From: an uncultured Myxococcales bacterium
GTDB taxonomy: Bacteria; Myxococcota_A; UBA9042; GCA-2863065
Assembly (NCBI GenBank): GCA_964545715.1
Contig: CAZJHX010000003.1
Span: 81,644 to 145,643, forward strand
Length of the DNA stretch: 64,000 nt
Direction: 5' to 3'
The position numbers were made by a program, and so were the translations under genes. The notes beneath the pieces were generated by a model, which was not told the origin of the DNA, did not search any database, and was given only the letters and a program-made list of their open reading frames with translations. The stretch's first letter is position 1; each line of letters opens with the position of its first letter. This document shows positions 59,897-64,000 of this stretch, in pieces.

Positions 59897-60941
59897 GTCA
59901 AGGCTTCTCATAACCATCCCTGTTGCTGTTGCCGTCTCGCTGGCGGTGGGGTGCAAGGATGATGGGAAGGAGTCGCCGCGTGCGCGGGCTGCGCCGGTGG
60001 TGCGGGCGGCGTCGCAGCTGAGCGTGCGGCGCGCAATGATGGACCAATGTAAGGCGAAGGCGATCCGGCTGGCGGGCAAGACCCGGTTTGATGGCGAGCT
60101 GCCGGTGGTCGAGATGCCGCCGACGGCGATGGCTGGGGATGACGGGGCGCGGCGCAGGCTGGCTGCGCTGGAGGCGATCGATGTGCTGGCCGCGCAGCTG
60201 AAGCGGGCGTCGTATCGTGCGGAGCTGTACTTCCAGGTGGGGTGGATCTATCTGCGGTCGCTGGAGAATCCAGCTGAGGCGGCGAGGTATCTGTGTCGGG
60301 CGCTGGTGCTTGAGCCGCGGGTGCGGCGGTATGAGCTGGCGGTGCTGACGGCGTGGATGGGGCCTGGCGCCGAGCCTGAGCTGGAGCTGGCGCTGAGGCC
60401 GGGCGAGCGCAGTCTGCCGTGGCGGGCGGCGCTGAAGGAGGCGCGGACCCTGACAGGTGTCAGTTGGGAGCAGCGCGCGGGCGCTTTTGATGAGGGTGTG
60501 TCGGCGCAGCGAATCGTGCGGAACAACCGGCTGATGCAGCGAGTGCGGCTGTCGGGGCGGATCGAGGCGCTGGCCGATGTATTGCGTGCGTGGGTTGAGC
60601 CGGGTGGGGATGTGGTCCGCCTGGTCGTGTCGTTTCCTCAGCGGTATCAGAAGCGCAACCGGAGCCTGCGGAAGCGGGGTGAGGTGGCGGATGAGCGGGT
60701 GTGGTCGATGCCGGGACCGGGGCCGCGCGGGGTTGTGTTTGGACGTGGTGAGGCGGCGGTTGGGCCGGTGTTGCAGTACGCGGCGTCGGTGATGCGGCGG
60801 GTGCGTGTAGGGGTGTCGCTGCGGCAGGGGGAGCGGCGCTTGTATCTGATCGGACGGCTCGAGGGTGAGGCGATGAAGGTGCAGGCGATTGCGGCGCGCC
60901 CGGATGCGCCCGCTGTTCGCGAAGCGGCGCGGGACGACTGA
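59874..60941 (+). CDS. Putative lipoprotein with a TPR-like segment
   Basis: AVSLAVG-C lipobox; AELYFQVGWIYL..AARYL. Overlaps the upstream stop by 23 nt. Confidence 0.6.
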   Translation: MPFSKSCRSRLLITIPVAVAVSLAVGCKDDGKESPRARAAPVVRAASQLSVRRAMMDQCKAKAIRLAGKTRFDGELPVVEMPPTAMAGDDGARRRLAALEAIDVLAAQLKRASYRAELYFQVGWIYLRSLENPAEAARYLCRALVLEPRVRRYELAVLTAWMGPGAEPELELALRPGERSLPWRAALKEARTLTGVSWEQRAGAFDEGVSAQRIVRNNRLMQRVRLSGRIEALADVLRAWVEPGGDVVRLVVSFPQRYQKRNRSLRKRGEVADERVWSMPGPGPRGVVFGRGEAAVGPVLQYAASVMRRVRVGVSLRQGERRLYLIGRLEGEAMKVQAIAARPDAPAVREAARDD

Positions 60942-60944
60942 ATC

Positions 60945-60973
60945 TTGATCTGGGGTTGTGCGCGCTCTATCGT
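60945..60973 (+). promoter_or_regulatory. Sigma70-like promoter for the MXAN_5187-like gene
   Basis: TTGATC-17 bp-TATCGT. Confidence 0.5.
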
Positions 60974-61012
60974 TCGCGTTAGCTACCAAGGGAGTTTGGG
61001 GGTTTTGGGCGC

Positions 61013-62815
61013 ATGTTTAACGTAAAGGTCTCCCTGCTGTACTTCCTGCTGATCGCTCTATGCGTGGTCTCCATCGTGGTGATCGTGGGCGAGAAGAAGG
61101 AGGAGGCAGTCGCGCAGGCGGAGCGAAATCTGCAGCGCATGCCTCACATCTTTGAGGTGCACAAGGAGCTCCGCGAGAGCCGGCTGCGCGATTTTGCTCA
61201 TCGGTTGGGCACCAGCGAGCTGCGCACGCGGCTGAGGGTGCTGCGGAAGTTCCGCAAGCAGTTCATCGAGGTGGATAGGTACATCTGCTCGTCCGAGACA
61301 GGTGTGAAATGCGACATGACGAACACAGTCTTCTCGGCGGAGCGGGCGCGCATCGCGGAGGAGGAGTTCGGGGCTACGACGTTCAAGGCGTTTACGGACA
61401 AGCTGCTGGTCGAGGTCGGCAAGTATCGGCGCGGCTGGAGCGACGCGGATCAGGCGACGTTCCGTACCGCGACGATGGAGCGCCTGCGTGAGTGTTTTGG
61501 CCGCGGGTCGACGCAGTGTGATTGGAGCTTTACGTACTCGGCGCTGCAGGAGGTGCTGCCCAAGCTGAGGGCTGAGGTGGAGCGCGTTGGGGAGGAGGGT
61601 CGCTCCCCGGACCTCGTGCTGGTGTTTGACGGTCACGGCGTTGGGATTGCGAACGCGGACAACGATGGCTGGTCGTATCGGCGGGAGTACATGGACCTGG
61701 TGGGGCGGCTTCGGTCGTTCCAGAACAACGAACGGAAAGGCGTGCGGCCGGTCTACTACGATCTGCGGACGTTCGCGGAGACGGGCGAGACCGAGTACCT
61801 GAGCGCGATGGTGCCGATTACGGCAGACGATGATGAGACGTTCGTAGGGGCGATACTGGTGGCGGAGGCCATCACCCAGAAGCTGGTCGACTCGGAGAAG
61901 AAGATCTTCGACACCGAGGTCACCTACATCATGGACGACAAGGCGCTGGCATCGACGGTGGAGCAGGACTCGTACCGCTTCCTGCTGGCGAGCGCCAAAG
62001 TGAACAATCGGCTGAAGCGCCACCTCGTGTCCAGCGAGAAGTGGCTGGGCGTGAGCATCCCGTACTACACGCTTGGCGCCAAGGCCCCGAAGACGGCGGA
62101 CGGCAGCCCGGAGGCCGTGCCCACGTTTGTGAACGGTGTTGCCTATGGGTCGCGCTATCAGACGCTGCGGGTCGGGTTGGCGGTGCATCGGGCGAACTGG
62201 GTGGGGGCGTTCTCGACGCTGCAGACCTACGTGCCGATGTTTGGCGGGATTCTGTTTTTGATCGGCGTGATTCTGTTCTGGATGTTGATTCGGAACCATA
62301 CGCGGCCGTTTGAGGAGATCGACCGCGGGATCCACGAGGTCATCAACGGCAACTTCGACTACGAGTTCCCGTTCAACTACAACGAGGAGCTGCCGTCGGT
62401 GATGGCGCAGAGCCTGAACCTGATGAACGCGGTGTTGCTGGGCAAGCCGCTGCCGGAGGATGAGGACGAGACCGGCGGGGTCTGGGAGGGGGCGGCGATC
62501 GTCAGCTCACCGGCCAACGCGGCGCCCGGAGTCAGCGGCGGCTTGATCATCGAGATGGAGCCGGACGGCTCGGACGCGCCGCCTGACCTGATGCGTGAGC
62601 CGGCGGAGACGTACTACAAGCGCCTGTACGGCAGCTATCGGCAGTCTCGAAGCGAGACGGGCAATCCGGATGACGTGATCACGTACGTGCGGTTTGTCGA
62701 GCAGTTGGTGAAGAGCGAGCGTGAGTTGAAGGGCCGCCTGGAGTGCAAGCATGTGCGCTTCATGGTGAACCAGCGCGATGGAAACGTCGTGCTGACGCCT
62801 ATCCCCGTCGCGTAA
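61013..62815 (+). CDS. Membrane protein with periplasmic sensor-like region, HAMP-like linker and MXAN_5187-type C-terminal domain
   Basis: Two transmembrane helices; RPFEEIDRGIHEVINGNFD HAMP-like segment; C-terminal YYKRLY..Y...R...G....ITYVRF..L......C..VRF.V....G.VVL. Confidence 0.7.
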   Translation: MFNVKVSLLYFLLIALCVVSIVVIVGEKKEEAVAQAERNLQRMPHIFEVHKELRESRLRDFAHRLGTSELRTRLRVLRKFRKQFIEVDRYICSSETGVKCDMTNTVFSAERARIAEEEFGATTFKAFTDKLLVEVGKYRRGWSDADQATFRTATMERLRECFGRGSTQCDWSFTYSALQEVLPKLRAEVERVGEEGRSPDLVLVFDGHGVGIANADNDGWSYRREYMDLVGRLRSFQNNERKGVRPVYYDLRTFAETGETEYLSAMVPITADDDETFVGAILVAEAITQKLVDSEKKIFDTEVTYIMDDKALASTVEQDSYRFLLASAKVNNRLKRHLVSSEKWLGVSIPYYTLGAKAPKTADGSPEAVPTFVNGVAYGSRYQTLRVGLAVHRANWVGAFSTLQTYVPMFGGILFLIGVILFWMLIRNHTRPFEEIDRGIHEVINGNFDYEFPFNYNEELPSVMAQSLNLMNAVLLGKPLPEDEDETGGVWEGAAIVSSPANAAPGVSGGLIIEMEPDGSDAPPDLMREPAETYYKRLYGSYRQSRSETGNPDDVITYVRFVEQLVKSERELKGRLECKHVRFMVNQRDGNVVLTPIPVA

Positions 62816-62832
62816 CTTTCTGGCGGCGAGGT

Positions 62833-63972
62833 CTAGCTGAGGACTTTTTCGAGCTCGTGTCGGACGGCGGCGCCGGTCTGCTCGGTGCTTGCGGTGCCGC
62901 CGAGGTCGGGCGGGTGCGAGTCCATGGACTGGAGGGCTGCCCCCAGCGCGTCTTCGATAGCCTTTCCGGCTGCGATGGTGTCCGCGTCGCCATGCCGGTC
63001 CCCCAGCCAGTCCAGCATCATGGCGATGGACAAGATGGCGGCGCAGGGGTTGGCTTTTCCCTGACCTGCGATGTCCGGCGCGGAGCCGTGAACGGGCTCG
63101 AACATGGCGTGGTGGTCGCCCAGGTTGCCGCTGGCCGCCATGCCCATCCCACCCTGGAGGACTGAGCCGAGGTCGGTGACGACGTCGCCGGGGAGGTTGG
63201 GGGCGACACAGACGTCGTAGTGCTCCGGTGCCCGAACGAGGTTGTGGCAGAAGGCGTCGACGTAGGCGAAATCGGCCTCGATGTCCGTGTACTCGGCGGC
63301 AACCTCGCGGAAGACGTCGCGGAAGAAGCGATGGGCGCGCACGACGTTGCTCTTGTCGATGCAGGTGACGCGCTTGATGCCGTCCTCGCGCGCGGGGGCG
63401 CGCCGGCGTGCGAGCTCAAAGGCGCGGCGGGACACCCGCTCGGCGCCGCGGCGAGTCACGAGGGTCGGGGAGACGACGGTCTCGACGCTCTCCGCGCGCT
63501 CGAGGATGAAGCTGCCGGTGACGTACGCGCCTTCGGTGTTTTCGCGGAAGATCACGATGTCGACGTTTTCGGGCTTCCAGACCTGGCGGAACTCGCCGGA
63601 GATAGAGTGTTTGACGCCGGGCAGCAGGCGAATGGGCCGCTTGTTGGCGTAAAGGTCCAGCTTGGTGCGGATGCCGATGACCTGCTCATAGCCCGCCAGC
63701 TCACCGTCTGCGCGGCGAACCGGCTTGCCGTCGGGACCGAGGTGTCCGATGGCGCCGAGCACGATGGCGTCGGCTGCCTTGCAGCGCTCGAGGGAGCCGT
63801 CCGCCCACTCTTTTCCGTGCTCTACGTAATAAGAACCCGCGCACGGGATCGTCTCGACGTCAAAGGCGCACAGGCCCGTGGCCTCGATTATGCCGAGAAC
63901 ACGGACGGCCTCGCGCATGACCTCTGGTCCGATTCCGTCTCCGGGAAGAACGACGACGTGGTACCGCTTCAT
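62833..63972 (-). CDS. Isocitrate/isopropylmalate/tartrate dehydrogenase family enzyme
   Basis: LPGDGIGPEV, RENTEG, DKSNV, NLPGDVVTD, FEPVHGSAPDIAGQGKANP. Confidence 0.93.
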   Translation of the reverse strand: MKRYHVVVLPGDGIGPEVMREAVRVLGIIEATGLCAFDVETIPCAGSYYVEHGKEWADGSLERCKAADAIVLGAIGHLGPDGKPVRRADGELAGYEQVIGIRTKLDLYANKRPIRLLPGVKHSISGEFRQVWKPENVDIVIFRENTEGAYVTGSFILERAESVETVVSPTLVTRRGAERVSRRAFELARRRAPAREDGIKRVTCIDKSNVVRAHRFFRDVFREVAAEYTDIEADFAYVDAFCHNLVRAPEHYDVCVAPNLPGDVVTDLGSVLQGGMGMAASGNLGDHHAMFEPVHGSAPDIAGQGKANPCAAILSIAMMLDWLGDRHGDADTIAAGKAIEDALGAALQSMDSHPPDLGGTASTEQTGAAVRHELEKVLS

Positions 63973-64000
63973 AGCGGCCGGACCCTATCACAACTTCCCT

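Overview
High-GC bacterial chromosomal segment, most consistent with a Myxococcota/deltaproteobacterial lineage. This is inferred from a TIGR02266-like PilZ protein, an AgmK/GltI-like giant TPR protein, an MXAN_5187-type C-terminal domain, a zinc-ribbon Ser/Thr kinase and FHA proteins. No rRNA, tRNA, CRISPR array or mobile element was recognised. 1-15.6 kb: housekeeping genes (a stand-alone EF-G copy, dnaJ, ribB fused to a degenerate GCH-II domain, dut, and the rimP-nusA-ylxR-infB-rbfA-truB and rpsO-pnp clusters). 15.7-27.8 kb: a PssA-PyrE fusion, then a eukaryote-like signalling block (PilZ, two double-FHA proteins, a membrane Ser/Thr kinase followed by a PRMT-like methyltransferase) interrupted by an alkB-tetR unit with a candidate operator. 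27.8-35 kb: a likely lipid operon (alkyl-DHAP-synthase-like flavoprotein, GlcE-like and GlcF-like subunits, DAG-kinase family protein, Lnt with a large repeat insertion). 36.5-45 kb: C45 peptidase, class III aminotransferase and orphan CoA-transferase alpha subunit; a DUF6599-DUF362-polyferredoxin operon; CbpA-like DnaJ. 45-64 kb: TPR proteins, a stand-alone DUF4157 protein, a 3820-aa TPR protein, an MXAN_5187-like membrane protein and a leuB-family dehydrogenase. The most unusual observations are the kinase-linked PRMT-like enzyme, the PssA-PyrE fusion, the repeat-inserted Lnt, the AGPS/GlcEF-like lipid operon, and apparent non-canonical (ATC, CTG) and leaderless translation starts. All family assignments are from motif recognition by eye; no database search was run.
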